DNA of 64,000 nt from Methanocaldococcus sp. 16A. GTDB taxonomy: Archaea; AGJL01; Methanococci; Methanococcales; Methanocaldococcaceae. The notes below the pieces were generated by a model. It was not told the DNA's origin, ran no database searches, and worked only from the letters and a program-made list of their open reading frames with translations. The translations under genes and the position numbers were made by a program. This document shows, one piece after another, positions 43,149-53,172 of this stretch (position 1 is its first letter; every line of letters starts with the position of its first letter). Where the stretch lies: the NCBI GenBank assembly GCA_049860595.1, contig CP187551.1. One strand, given 5' to 3'.

Positions 43149-43985
43149 ATGAGAAAATTTTGTGTCTATGGGAAAGGAGGAATTGGAAAATCTACAACAG
43201 TAAGCAATATAGCTGCAGCTTTAGCAGAAGATGGAAAAAAGGTTTTAGTTGTTGGTTGTGACCCAAAGGCAGATACAACAAGGAATTTAGTTGGGAGGAA
43301 GATTCCAACGGTTTTAGATGTTTTTAGAAAAAAAGGCCCAGATAATATGGAATTGGAAGATATTGTCTTTGAAGGTTTTGGGGGAGTTTATTGTGTTGAA
43401 TCTGGAGGGCCAGAGCCAGGAGTTGGATGTGCTGGGAGAGGAGTTATTACAGCTGTTGATATGCTAAATAGATTGGGAGTTTTTGAAACATTAAAGCCAG
43501 ATGTAATTATTTATGATATTTTAGGGGATGTTGTTTGTGGAGGATTTGCAATGCCTTTACAAAAACACTTAGCTGATGATGTTTATATCGTAACAACATG
43601 TGACCCAATGGCAATTTATGCGGCAAACAATATATGTAAGGGAATAAAGAGATATGCAAATAGGGGAAAGATAGCGTTAGGAGGGATTGTTTACAATGGT
43701 AGGAGTGTTGTAAATGCTCCAGAGATTGTTGAAGAGTTTGCTAAAAAAATTGGAACTCAAGTTATTGGAAAAATACCAATAAGTAATCTTATAACAAAGG
43801 CAGAAATTTACAAAAAGACAGTTATTGAGATGTATCCAGATAGTGAGATAGCTAATATTTTTAGAGAGATAGCAAAGGCAATTTATGAAAATAAAAATAA
43901 AGTAATTCCTAATCCATTGTCAGAAGATGAATTGGATAAAATTACCGAAAAGATTGATATTCTTTTAAAAGAGAATGTTAGATAA
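43149..43985 (+). CDS. cfbC: Ni-sirohydrochlorin a,c-diamide reductive cyclase, NifH-like ATP-dependent reductase (F430 biosynthesis)
   Basis: [25 protein letters not shown] and DVVCGGF motifs; no nifDK nearby; MJ0879 position. Confidence 0.85.
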   Translation: MRKFCVYGKGGIGKSTTVSNIAAALAEDGKKVLVVGCDPKADTTRNLVGRKIPTVLDVFRKKGPDNMELEDIVFEGFGGVYCVESGGPEPGVGCAGRGVITAVDMLNRLGVFETLKPDVIIYDILGDVVCGGFAMPLQKHLADDVYIVTTCDPMAIYAANNICKGIKRYANRGKIALGGIVYNGRSVVNAPEIVEEFAKKIGTQVIGKIPISNLITKAEIYKKTVIEMYPDSEIANIFREIAKAIYENKNKVIPNPLSEDELDKITEKIDILLKENVR

Positions 43986-44037
43986 TATTTGCTATTATGC
44001 ATCTAGTGGAAAAGAGTTTAAATTTCCAAAAACTTGA

Positions 44038-44062
44038 ATTTATACCTGAGAAAGTAGTCTAT
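44038..44062. repeat. Degenerate TIR remnant of the MITE-like repeat
   Basis: ATTTATACCTGAGAAAGTAGTCTAT resembles the right end of the 38709 copy. Confidence 0.45.
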
Positions 44063-44109
44063 TTAATCCAAAAATAGTAAAAAATAGTAAAAATATATGA
44101 GGTGAATAA

Positions 44110-44310
44110 ATGAAAGAAACATATTTTTTTCCAAAATCTCATTTAATAGGTCTTCTTGTAATATCCTATCTAATATTGTTAAGTACAACCTTATATTCAA
44201 TTTATGTCAAAAAATATGATTCTAATATGATGCTACGTTTTTTGTTCGTTACATTTGTGGTATTCTGGATGATATATTCATTATGGAAAAATAAAAAAAT
44301 ATTATATTGA
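44110..44310 (+). CDS. Small two-TM membrane protein, unknown function
   Basis: Strong GAGGTGA RBS 4 nt before the ATG; two hydrophobic segments and a basic tail. Confidence 0.65.
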   Translation: MKETYFFPKSHLIGLLVISYLILLSTTLYSIYVKKYDSNMMLRFLFVTFVVFWMIYSLWKNKKILY

Positions 44311-44319
44311 TATAAAAAT

Positions 44320-45237
44320 CTAAACTCTTTCAAATATAAACTTAAATAAACCTTTTTGAGCATGCAATCTATTTTCTGCCTCATCATAAACTACTGAATG
44401 TTCTCCATCAATAACATCATCAGTTATCTCATATCCTCTATTTGCTGGTAGGCAGTGCATAACAATAACATCATCTTTAGCATGTTCTAAGAGCTTATTA
44501 TTAACTTGAAATTGTGGAAAGATTTTTAAAACCTCCTCTCTATCTTTCTCATCTCCCATACTTATCCATACATCAGTATATACTATATCTGCATATTCAA
44601 CAGCCTCTATTGGATTATTTGTTAATGTTAAAGAACCTTCGCCATATTCTTCAATGATTTCTTTAGCTTTTAATATTGTTTTAGCGTTTGGTTCATAACC
44701 CCTTGGTGTTCCTACATAGATATCCATTCCTACTAAAGCAGAACCTAAGATTAAGGAATTACATACGTTGTTTCCATCTCCTAAATAAGCTATTTTTAAT
44801 CCATTAAATTTTCCTTTGAATTCCTTTATTGTCATTAAATCAGCTAATATTTGGCAAGGATGGGCTAAATCACTCAACGCATTTATAATAGGGACTGATG
44901 AGTATTTAGCCATCTCTTCTAAGTGTCTATGTTTATAAACTCTTGCAACTATTGCATCTACGTATCTACTCATAACCCTTGCAGTATCTTTTATAGACTC
45001 TTTCTTTCCTAAATGTATCTCATTCTGGTTCATTATTAAAGGATGGCCTCCTAATTCATACACAGCAATATCAAAACTCATTCTTGTTCTTGTTGAGGGC
45101 TTTTCAAATAATATTGCTATACTCTTCCCCTCTAAAATTTTCTCATGTTTTCTTCTATTTTTTTTGAAGTATATTCCATATTCAATAATCTTTAAAATGT
45201 CTTCTCTACTCAACACATCCAAATCTAAGAGATGCAT
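44320..45237 (-). CDS. argF: Ornithine carbamoyltransferase
   Basis: [20 protein letters not shown] and HCLP motifs; ATG 45237 follows a GGTGA RBS. Confidence 0.96.
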   Translation of the reverse strand: MHLLDLDVLSREDILKIIEYGIYFKKNRRKHEKILEGKSIAILFEKPSTRTRMSFDIAVYELGGHPLIMNQNEIHLGKKESIKDTARVMSRYVDAIVARVYKHRHLEEMAKYSSVPIINALSDLAHPCQILADLMTIKEFKGKFNGLKIAYLGDGNNVCNSLILGSALVGMDIYVGTPRGYEPNAKTILKAKEIIEEYGEGSLTLTNNPIEAVEYADIVYTDVWISMGDEKDREEVLKIFPQFQVNNKLLEHAKDDVIVMHCLPANRGYEITDDVIDGEHSVVYDEAENRLHAQKGLFKFIFERV

Positions 45238-45357
45238 TTTATCACCTATTATGAAATAAATATTATTGATGAAATTTAAAATATAAACTTCAAACAATTT
45301 TTATAATTAAGAGTATTATTTTAATTTAAAGTTAGTTATAAAGATTTTGGTGATAAA

Positions 45358-45951
45358 ATGCACTATTTCTCAGAAAAGCCCACAACCAAATCAGATATAA
45401 AAATTGTTGAAGACATTTTAAGAGGAAAAAAATTAAAATTTAAAACAGATAGTGGAGTTTTTTCTTATGGAAAGATTGATAAAGGAACTAAGATTTTAGT
45501 TGAGAATGTAGTTGTTAATAATGGAGATAACATATTAGATTTAGGATGTGGTTATGGAGTTATTGGAATAGCTTTAGCTGATGAAGTAAAATCAGTAACA
45601 ATGGCTGATATAAATAGAAGAGCCATAAAATTGGCTAAAGAGAATATAAAATTAAATAACTTAGAAAGTTATGATATTAGGGTAATTCATAGCGATTTAT
45701 ATGAAAATGTTAAGGATAGAATGTATGATAAAATTATAACAAATCCCCCAATAAGGGCTGGAAAAGAAGTTTTACATAAGATTATTGAGGAAGGGAAAGA
45801 ACTTTTAAAGGATAATGGTGAGATTTGGGTAGTTATTCAAACAAAGCAAGGAGCTAAGTCTTTAGCTAAATATATGGAAAATATTTTTGGAAATGTTGAG
45901 ACAGTTACAATAAAAGGAGGTTATAGAGTTTTAAAATCTGTAAAAAAATAA
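45358..45951 (+). CDS. Class I SAM-dependent methyltransferase, RsmC/MJ0882-like
   Basis: GVFS...D.GT, LDLGCGYG and TNPPIRAG motifs. Confidence 0.9.
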   Translation: MHYFSEKPTTKSDIKIVEDILRGKKLKFKTDSGVFSYGKIDKGTKILVENVVVNNGDNILDLGCGYGVIGIALADEVKSVTMADINRRAIKLAKENIKLNNLESYDIRVIHSDLYENVKDRMYDKIITNPPIRAGKEVLHKIIEEGKELLKDNGEIWVVIQTKQGAKSLAKYMENIFGNVETVTIKGGYRVLKSVKK

Positions 45952-46008
45952 AAATTAAAAACGTTATAATATAAATATAATATAAATTATAAAGTTAGGT
46001 GAAGAAAG

Positions 46009-47307
46009 ATGACATCATATTATGATACAATTCCAAATTTTAAATATTGGGACATAGATGCTTGGAAAGAATATGTTCAAAAGTATATCGTTCCAATATA
46101 TGAAACTTCATTGTATCTTGTATCCTTAGGAAACAAACTTTATTTTGAGATAGGTGTTTTTAAAAGAATAAAAACATTAAAAGAAGTAAATAAAGACCTT
46201 ATACCATTTTTTGTTGGAGGTATTGATGAAAATGGAAACTATAAAGAAAATAGCCTTGCAAGATTAATTTATTTAATGTATGGAATATATGTTGAACCAA
46301 AGGAAGTAGCCAATATTGTAAAAGAGGTTGGTGAAGAAGGATTTAATGAAATTAAGATAAAATTAGAAAATGAATATCCATTTTATACATTTTATAAGTT
46401 TTTATATAGAATAAAGGAGTATAGTTTTAAAATTATTGAGAAATTAAATATTGATGTACCTAAAAAAAATATACCCGATGATATCCAAAAAATTATTCAA
46501 AATCCAGATAAAATTTTAGATCTTTTAAAGGAACTGTATAAAGCTTGCGTTTCATTTAGTGCAAATTATAATTATTACACTTTTTTTATTCTAAGTTCTT
46601 ATGGAATCCATTGGAAATATTTAGTTTCAGCATATCCAAAATTAAATGAGCATTTTGAAGAAGTAAAAGAGTTTTTAGGATTTACTCCTATCTTCATACC
46701 ATATGTTAATAATCCCACATTAAAAAAAGATTATACAATATGGGCATATGAAAAGGAAAGTATAGGAAATCTTGTATTTTATATGCAATTATATTTATGG
46801 CATTTCTTTGATTCCTTTGATAGATTATTTTATGACATTTTTAAGTATATCGTTGAAAAGCCAGAAAACTTAAAAGAGACATACAAAAAACTTGTTAAAA
46901 AATCTATTGGAGATGAGTTTGAGGAAATAACTATTGATAATGTAAAAATAAATCTAAAAGATGAGTATCTCTTTATAATAGATGAAAAATATATTGTTAA
47001 ATGGCCAAAAAAAGAAATCGTAGATAGATATTATGATGCTAAAAAAGGAAATTTAAGTTATAAATATTTTAGATCTACGTATGAAATACCTTATGAAAAC
47101 GAACTATCAAAACCTAAAATTTTACTTTTTGATTTTTTAAATAAAGTTGCTCCTATCTTATTTTTAAAACTTGCGATAATCTTACCTAATGAGAATATAG
47201 AATATTTAGAAATTCCAAAAGAAATCTTTGGTAGAGAATTGCCTATTTTAATATTCTATGGTGATTTTCTTAATAAAATATTACAATATATCGGGAAGAT
47301 AAAATGA
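46009..47307 (+). CDS. Hypothetical protein (accessory cassette gene 1), aromatic-rich, no recognised motif
   Basis: 432-aa ORF with a GGTGA RBS; its stop overlaps the next start (ATGA). Confidence 0.8.
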   Translation: MTSYYDTIPNFKYWDIDAWKEYVQKYIVPIYETSLYLVSLGNKLYFEIGVFKRIKTLKEVNKDLIPFFVGGIDENGNYKENSLARLIYLMYGIYVEPKEVANIVKEVGEEGFNEIKIKLENEYPFYTFYKFLYRIKEYSFKIIEKLNIDVPKKNIPDDIQKIIQNPDKILDLLKELYKACVSFSANYNYYTFFILSSYGIHWKYLVSAYPKLNEHFEEVKEFLGFTPIFIPYVNNPTLKKDYTIWAYEKESIGNLVFYMQLYLWHFFDSFDRLFYDIFKYIVEKPENLKETYKKLVKKSIGDEFEEITIDNVKINLKDEYLFIIDEKYIVKWPKKEIVDRYYDAKKGNLSYKYFRSTYEIPYENELSKPKILLFDFLNKVAPILFLKLAIILPNENIEYLEIPKEIFGRELPILIFYGDFLNKILQYIGKIK

Positions 47308-49187
47308 ATGAAAAAACATTATTAACATCAAAATATGAAAATGAACATAAAGAAAGAGAAAAAAGAAGAAAAATAACTGATAAAAAACAACAAAAAGAAA
47401 ATAAAAGTTCTCAAATCATCAACATTTCAAAACAAAAAGAACTTAAAGAAAAAACTATAAGCAATGAAGAGACAAAAATTTTTGAAATTCCAAAAATTGT
47501 TTTTGATAATGCAAAATTAAGCTTTAAACATGTTATTTTAGAGAAAAATATAACTCTACAAAGAAAAAATCTCGAACTGAAAATACCAAACATCAAACTA
47601 ACAACTCCATATTATGAATTTTTAAATATAAATGTAGATAAAAGCTTTAACATTACAAAAGCTGAAAACTCTTTATTAATTCTAAAATTTGAGACTATAT
47701 TTCTAAATATTACATTTTTAAATGCTGGAATTAACATAGAATTTAACATTTCAAAAGATAAAAATGACTTATATATTCCAAAAGTTAAAATTTTAAATCT
47801 AGAAATTGAATACACTCAAAATAAATTAAATAGCGATTATCTAATCTTAAAACAGATAGAAAAGAGTTTTAGTATTCCTAAGATTGCTATTTCAGAACCT
47901 TCACTAAATATTACTGATTTTAGGGGACTTAAAATGGCTAAAAACTTGGGAATTAAAGAAACTCTTAATATTCAGAAAGAAAAACAAGAATCTGTAATTA
48001 AAGAAATTAAAGAAGATACATTAACAAATGAAATTGAAATAGTAAATACTACTGTTTCAAACGCAAATGAAACTAAAGAAACAGAAATTGAAGAATTTAA
48101 AGAACCTATAGAATTTTTATTTGGTGGTAATGTTGAGGGAATAAAAAGAGGAGAACCACTAATTGTTTTATTTAAAGATTATAACGATGACAACTACATT
48201 CAAACATTTGAAACATTATTATTAAGAATTTGCAGAGAAAAATATGGAGGAATTCCAGAAGTTAAAAAGTTAAGTTTAAAGGAAGATTGGAATAAATATG
48301 AGATTGAGAGATACCTCGATGAAGGAAACATATTTCTTATTGAGTTAAATTCTAAAAATGACATAGATAGAGATAATCTTGCCGATAGATTATGGGCAAT
48401 ATTTTCAAAAGAAAGAGGAATTGTTATTTTCTATACAAAATCTGAAAATATCTTTGAAGAATACAAAACAATTCTAAACGAAATAAATTGGAACAAATTA
48501 AATTTAAAAGCAAAAATCATTGAAATAATTCCAAGAAAATTATCATTTAAAGAAAAAATTAATATTGCAAAAGCACTTTTTGGTTTTGTTGATATAGAAA
48601 ATGCTCCACAAACTGCATCAATGGATGCTATCCTTAATTTTGCCAAAGAAAAATATAAAGAAATACTTGAAAAAATTAAAAATAAATATTATACTATCTT
48701 AGGAATCGTAAATGAAGGAGAAAACGAAAGTAAAGAGCATATAAATGTAAAATCCTTTGTCACTCATTGTTTAATCAAAAAACTTGAAAAAGATGAAAAA
48801 ATTCCAAAAGACGACAAAGAAAAAGATTGGGATGCTATTAAAGAAAACATCATCAAAACCGAACATCCAAAGGAAGGAAAGAACAAGAATATAATTGTTG
48901 ATGTGTATTTTGTTGATAGAGATGAGAACTACGAAATTGAAACATTATTTGAAGAGGGCTTTGGAAAAATCCACAAAACGATAGAGAAATACAACCCAAA
49001 TGAAAAAATTAACATTGTTATTGAAAACATAACTGCTTTCTTGCACGCAAAAGAATTCTTTGATATAATAAATCTTATTGAGAATAAACAAAGATATAAG
49101 AATTTACAAATCAATTTTTACACACTTGATATAAAAAATAAAAAATTAGTCAACATAAAAGATTATTTAAAGGCATTAAAACGGTGA
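47304..49187 (+). CDS. Hypothetical protein (accessory cassette gene 2): 32-aa repeat region plus putative C-terminal CoiA-like PD-(D/E)XK nuclease domain
   Basis: 627-aa ORF; IPKI-anchored repeats with 96-nt period; ESKEH...K, TE, IIVDVY and YEIET motifs. Confidence 0.6.
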   Translation: MNEKTLLTSKYENEHKEREKRRKITDKKQQKENKSSQIINISKQKELKEKTISNEETKIFEIPKIVFDNAKLSFKHVILEKNITLQRKNLELKIPNIKLTTPYYEFLNINVDKSFNITKAENSLLILKFETIFLNITFLNAGINIEFNISKDKNDLYIPKVKILNLEIEYTQNKLNSDYLILKQIEKSFSIPKIAISEPSLNITDFRGLKMAKNLGIKETLNIQKEKQESVIKEIKEDTLTNEIEIVNTTVSNANETKETEIEEFKEPIEFLFGGNVEGIKRGEPLIVLFKDYNDDNYIQTFETLLLRICREKYGGIPEVKKLSLKEDWNKYEIERYLDEGNIFLIELNSKNDIDRDNLADRLWAIFSKERGIVIFYTKSENIFEEYKTILNEINWNKLNLKAKIIEIIPRKLSFKEKINIAKALFGFVDIENAPQTASMDAILNFAKEKYKEILEKIKNKYYTILGIVNEGENESKEHINVKSFVTHCLIKKLEKDEKIPKDDKEKDWDAIKENIIKTEHPKEGKNKNIIVDVYFVDRDENYEIETLFEEGFGKIHKTIEKYNPNEKINIVIENITAFLHAKEFFDIINLIENKQRYKNLQINFYTLDIKNKKLVNIKDYLKALKR

Positions 49188-49191
49188 GAAA

Positions 49192-50205
49192 TTGGTTTTA
49201 TGTGCAAAGGTCTATGCCAAAGAAGGAGAAAAAACAAGAAGATTATTGTTAGAAAACAAACTGTTAAATAAAAATTACAAAATTGTAAAAGAGGGTGATT
49301 TTTTATACATTCCATTAAATGAAGAGAATTTAAAGAATATTAATTTAAAAGATTTAAATCCAAACATCGAACTTGTTGAAAAAGATTTAAAGAAAAAAGA
49401 AATTAAAAGAAAACCAAGTTTTAGAGAAATATTAAACAAAAAATATAGAAAAGAGATTGATGAAGGATTAATTTCTTTATCTTATGATGTGATTGGAGAT
49501 TTAGTAATTTTGCAGATTTCAGATGAAGTTGATGAAAAAATAAGAAAGGAAATTGGAGAATTAGCTTATAAATTAATTCCATGTAAAGGAGTTTTTAGAA
49601 GAAAAAGTGAAGTTAAGGGAGAGTTTAGAGTTAGAGAGTTAGAGCATTTAGCAGGAGAGAATAGAACTCTAACAATCCACAAAGAGAATGGTTATAGATT
49701 GTATGTTGATATTGCAAAGGTTTATTTTTCACCAAGATTAGGAGGGGAGAGGGCAAGGATAATGAAAAAAGTTTCTTTAGATGATGTGGTTGTTGATATG
49801 TTTGCTGGAGTTGGACCATTCTCAATTGCTTGTAAAAACGCTAAAAAAATATATGCTATTGATATAAATCCACATGCAATAGAGCTTTTAAAAAAGAATA
49901 TAAAGTTAAATAAATTGGAGCATAAAATAATACCTATATTGAGTGATGTTAGAGAGGTTGATGTTAAAGGAAATAGAGTTATAATGAATTTGCCAAAATT
50001 TGCTCATGAATTTGTTGATAAGGCATTGGATATTGTTGAGGAGGGAGGAGTTATACACTATTATACCATTGGAAAAGATTTTGATGAAGCAATAAAATTA
50101 TTTGAAAAGAAATGTAATTGTGAGGTTTTGGAAAAGAGGATAGTTAAAAGCTATGCTCCAAGAGAATATATATTAGCCCTGGATTTTAAAATTAATAAAA
50201 AATAA
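49192..50205 (+). CDS. trm5b: tRNA (guanine37-N1)-methyltransferase Trm5b
   Basis: SYD.IGD, VYFSPRL..ER, DMFAGVGPF and MNLP motifs; TTG start after a GGTGA RBS. Confidence 0.93.
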   Translation: MVLCAKVYAKEGEKTRRLLLENKLLNKNYKIVKEGDFLYIPLNEENLKNINLKDLNPNIELVEKDLKKKEIKRKPSFREILNKKYRKEIDEGLISLSYDVIGDLVILQISDEVDEKIRKEIGELAYKLIPCKGVFRRKSEVKGEFRVRELEHLAGENRTLTIHKENGYRLYVDIAKVYFSPRLGGERARIMKKVSLDDVVVDMFAGVGPFSIACKNAKKIYAIDINPHAIELLKKNIKLNKLEHKIIPILSDVREVDVKGNRVIMNLPKFAHEFVDKALDIVEEGGVIHYYTIGKDFDEAIKLFEKKCNCEVLEKRIVKSYAPREYILALDFKINKK

Positions 50206-50223
50206 TTTAGTTAGGGATAGTTT

Positions 50224-51750
50224 ATGTTAAGTTGGGTAGAGAAATATAGACCAAAATCATTGAAAGATGTTGCAGGACATGATAAAGTTAAAGAAAAGCT
50301 AAAAACATGGATTGAAAGCTATTTGAAAGGAGAGCATCCAAAACCAATTTTGTTGGTAGGACCTCCAGGATGTGGAAAAACAACTTTAGCTTATGCCTTA
50401 GCTAATGATTATGGATTTGAAGTTATTGAATTGAACGCAAGTGATAAGAGAAATGCATCAATTATAAAAAAGGTTGTAGGGCATGCAGCTACTTCATCTT
50501 CAATCTTTGGGAAGAAATTTTTAATTATATTGGATGAGGTTGATGGTATTTCAGGAAAAGAGGATGCTGGAGGAGTTTCTGAGCTAATAAAGATTATAAA
50601 GAAGGCAAAGAATCCAATAATTTTAACTGCTAATGATGCCTATGCCACATCAATAAGGAATCTTTTACCTTATGTTGAGATAATCCAATTAAACCCGTTA
50701 AATAAAACTTCTGTCTATAAAGTTCTAAAAAAGATAGCTGAAAAAGAGGGGCTTGATGTGGATGATAAGACATTAAAAATGATTGCCCAACATTCAGCTG
50801 GAGATTTGAGAAGTGCAATAAATGACTTAGAGGCTTTAGCATTGTCTGGAGATTTGAGCTATGAGGCTGCTCAAAAACTTCCAGATAGGAAGAGAGAGGC
50901 AAATATATTTGATGCTTTGAGGATTATTTTAAAAACTACTCACTATGGGATAGCTACAACTGCATTGATGAATGTAGATGAAACACCAGATGTTATAATT
51001 GAATGGATAGCTGAAAATGTTCCAAAAGAGTATGAAAAGTTAGAGGAGGTGGAGAGAGCTTTTGAATATCTCTCAAAAGCAGATAGATATTTAGGTAGAG
51101 TGATGAGAAGACAAAACTACAGCTTTTGGAAGTATGCAACGACATTAATGACTGCTGGAGTTGCTCTCTCAAAAGATGAAAAGTATAGAAAATGGACTCC
51201 ATATAGTTATCCAAAGATTTTTAGGCTATTGACACAAACAAAGGCAGAGAGGGAGATATTAAATAAAATATTAAAGAAAATTGGAGAAAAAACACATACA
51301 TCATCAAAGAGAGCAAGATTTGATTTGCAAATGCTCAAAATTTTAGCTAAAGAAAATCCATCTATAGCTGCTGATTTAGTTGATTACTTTGAAATAAAGG
51401 AGGATGAGTTGAAAGTTTTAGTAGGTGATAAGTTAGCTTCTGAAATATTAAAAATATTGAAAGAAAAGAAAAAATTAGAAAGAAAAAAGAAAAAAGATAA
51501 AGAGAAATTAGAGAAAGAAAAGAAAAAAGAAGAAAAAGTTAAGGAAGAGCAGCTAATTATACAACCTAAAGAAGTTAAAGAAAAAGAAGAGATAAAAGAA
51601 GTAGAAAAAGAAGTTAAAGAAGAAACTAAAGAAAAGATAGATGAAAAACCAAAAGCTGAAGAAGAAAAAGAAACTAAAAAAGAGAAAAAGAAAACTAAGA
51701 AAAAAGAAGAAAAAGGAAAACAACTAACTTTAGATGCGTTCTTTAAATAA
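50224..51750 (+). CDS. rfcL: Replication factor C large subunit
   Basis: [25 protein letters not shown] and GDLR motifs; KE-rich tail ending in PIP box QLTLDAFF. Confidence 0.96.
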   Translation: MLSWVEKYRPKSLKDVAGHDKVKEKLKTWIESYLKGEHPKPILLVGPPGCGKTTLAYALANDYGFEVIELNASDKRNASIIKKVVGHAATSSSIFGKKFLIILDEVDGISGKEDAGGVSELIKIIKKAKNPIILTANDAYATSIRNLLPYVEIIQLNPLNKTSVYKVLKKIAEKEGLDVDDKTLKMIAQHSAGDLRSAINDLEALALSGDLSYEAAQKLPDRKREANIFDALRIILKTTHYGIATTALMNVDETPDVIIEWIAENVPKEYEKLEEVERAFEYLSKADRYLGRVMRRQNYSFWKYATTLMTAGVALSKDEKYRKWTPYSYPKIFRLLTQTKAEREILNKILKKIGEKTHTSSKRARFDLQMLKILAKENPSIAADLVDYFEIKEDELKVLVGDKLASEILKILKEKKKLERKKKKDKEKLEKEKKKEEKVKEEQLIIQPKEVKEKEEIKEVEKEVKEETKEKIDEKPKAEEEKETKKEKKKTKKKEEKGKQLTLDAFFK

Positions 51751-51757
51751 ATTTATT

Positions 51758-51821
51758 TAGGAGTTTTGCAAATATATTTTTTATAGTTATTATTTAAATA
51801 TTTAATAAATTGCAAACTTTA
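51758..51821. repeat. Degenerate MITE-like repeat
   Basis: TAGGAGTTTTGCAA...TTGCAAACTTTA inverted ends. Confidence 0.55.
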
Positions 51822-51823
51822 AA

Positions 51824-53095
51824 TTATAAGTTATTTAACAGACACCATTTCCAAAATGGAATAACTTTAACTTTAAAATCTTCTTCAATAACATCTTCAT
51901 AATCAAAAGTTATTAAAATTAAGTTATTACAATTTAACTTTTTTCCAATTTTAACAAATTTTTTAACTTCTCTATCATAATTATCAAAGTTTAAATCATA
52001 ACAAACATTTATTAGACATTTTATTTCTTCATCCTCTTTAATTAAAAAATCAACCTCTCCTATTGTGTCTTCGTAATAAAATATGTTTTCATTTTCAACA
52101 TAACCTCTCCTTCTCAGTTCAACGAAAACAGCATTTTCCAAATACTTACCCTTATCCATCGAATGTTTAATGTCAAAAATTCTAATAAATCCATTATCAA
52201 TAATATATGGTTTAGATAAACTTTGATTTATCTCCTTCAAACTATAAGAGAACTTTCTTAATGGAAAAACAAAATAACAATCATTGAGATACTCTAAATA
52301 CTCATATAATGTATTTTTACTGACTTTTATTCCTATTGACTTGAAGTAATTAACTAACTTATTTATAGAGACCTTTTTAGTATGATAGTTGATTAAAAAT
52401 TTAATAAAAAGTTTCAATATTTGGATATTTTTTATTTTATGTCTCTCCACGACATCCCTAAATATGATTGTCCTTAAATATTCTCTCAGAATGTCTTCTC
52501 TATTTTCTTCTTCCATAACAACCTCTGGAAAACCACCATAAGTTAAATAATCATCTAAATATCTCAAAATTAATGCTTTCTCTTGCTCAGTTAATATTTC
52601 ATCAAATTCTAAGCCCTTAAATCTTAAATATTCCTTAAATGATAAAGGAAATAACTCCACGCTTAAACATCTACCTCTTAATTGTGTAGCAATTTCCTTT
52701 GATAATAATTTGGAAGATGAACCAGTTAAATAAACATTATGTCCTTCCCTCTCAACTAATCTTTTTATAACAATTTCCCAATTTTCAACTTCTTGTATTT
52801 CATCAAAAAAGAAGGTTATCTTTTCATTTGGATACATTTCTTTACCTACTTTTACGATTTCTTGGATAGTTTTGATAGTTGGTGGAAAAATTCTATCATC
52901 ATCTAATGGGAAGAATATGGATTTTTCTGTTTTTTTAAATAAATCAAAAAGTAATGATGTTTTTCCAGACCTTCTAATTCCAATAATAGATATTGCTTTA
53001 TTAGTTTTTGGTAATTTTATATCTCTTGGTATCAGATGCATTTCTCTTTGTTGGTATTCTTTAATAATCGCTTTTATGATGTCTCTTTCATCCAT
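51824..53095 (-). CDS. AAA_14-type ATPase with DUF4143 and C-terminal PD-(D/E)XK-like region
   Basis: GIRRSGKT, FFDEIQ, LTGSS, LRGR, P.SF.EY, GGFP, K.Y..DNG, LEN.VF.EL and EVDF motifs. Confidence 0.85.
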   Translation of the reverse strand: MDERDIIKAIIKEYQQREMHLIPRDIKLPKTNKAISIIGIRRSGKTSLLFDLFKKTEKSIFFPLDDDRIFPPTIKTIQEIVKVGKEMYPNEKITFFFDEIQEVENWEIVIKRLVEREGHNVYLTGSSSKLLSKEIATQLRGRCLSVELFPLSFKEYLRFKGLEFDEILTEQEKALILRYLDDYLTYGGFPEVVMEEENREDILREYLRTIIFRDVVERHKIKNIQILKLFIKFLINYHTKKVSINKLVNYFKSIGIKVSKNTLYEYLEYLNDCYFVFPLRKFSYSLKEINQSLSKPYIIDNGFIRIFDIKHSMDKGKYLENAVFVELRRRGYVENENIFYYEDTIGEVDFLIKEDEEIKCLINVCYDLNFDNYDREVKKFVKIGKKLNCNNLILITFDYEDVIEEDFKVKVIPFWKWCLLNNL

Positions 53096-53172
53096 TCTTT
53101 CACTCTTTACAAGGAAATATTATACAATTATTTCCCCATATACGGGTAAAGATATTTAAAGTTTATGAATTG

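Noticed and set aside
43149-43985. Possible nitrogenase nifH
   Set aside because: No nifD/K/E/N or nifI nearby; sequence and position fit the F430 enzyme CfbC.
44069-44095. Tandem AAAATAGTAA duplication
   Set aside because: Only two short AT-rich copies; likely replication slippage.
51460-51720. Purine-rich low-complexity tract
   Set aside because: Encodes the ordinary Lys/Glu linker before the RfcL PIP box.
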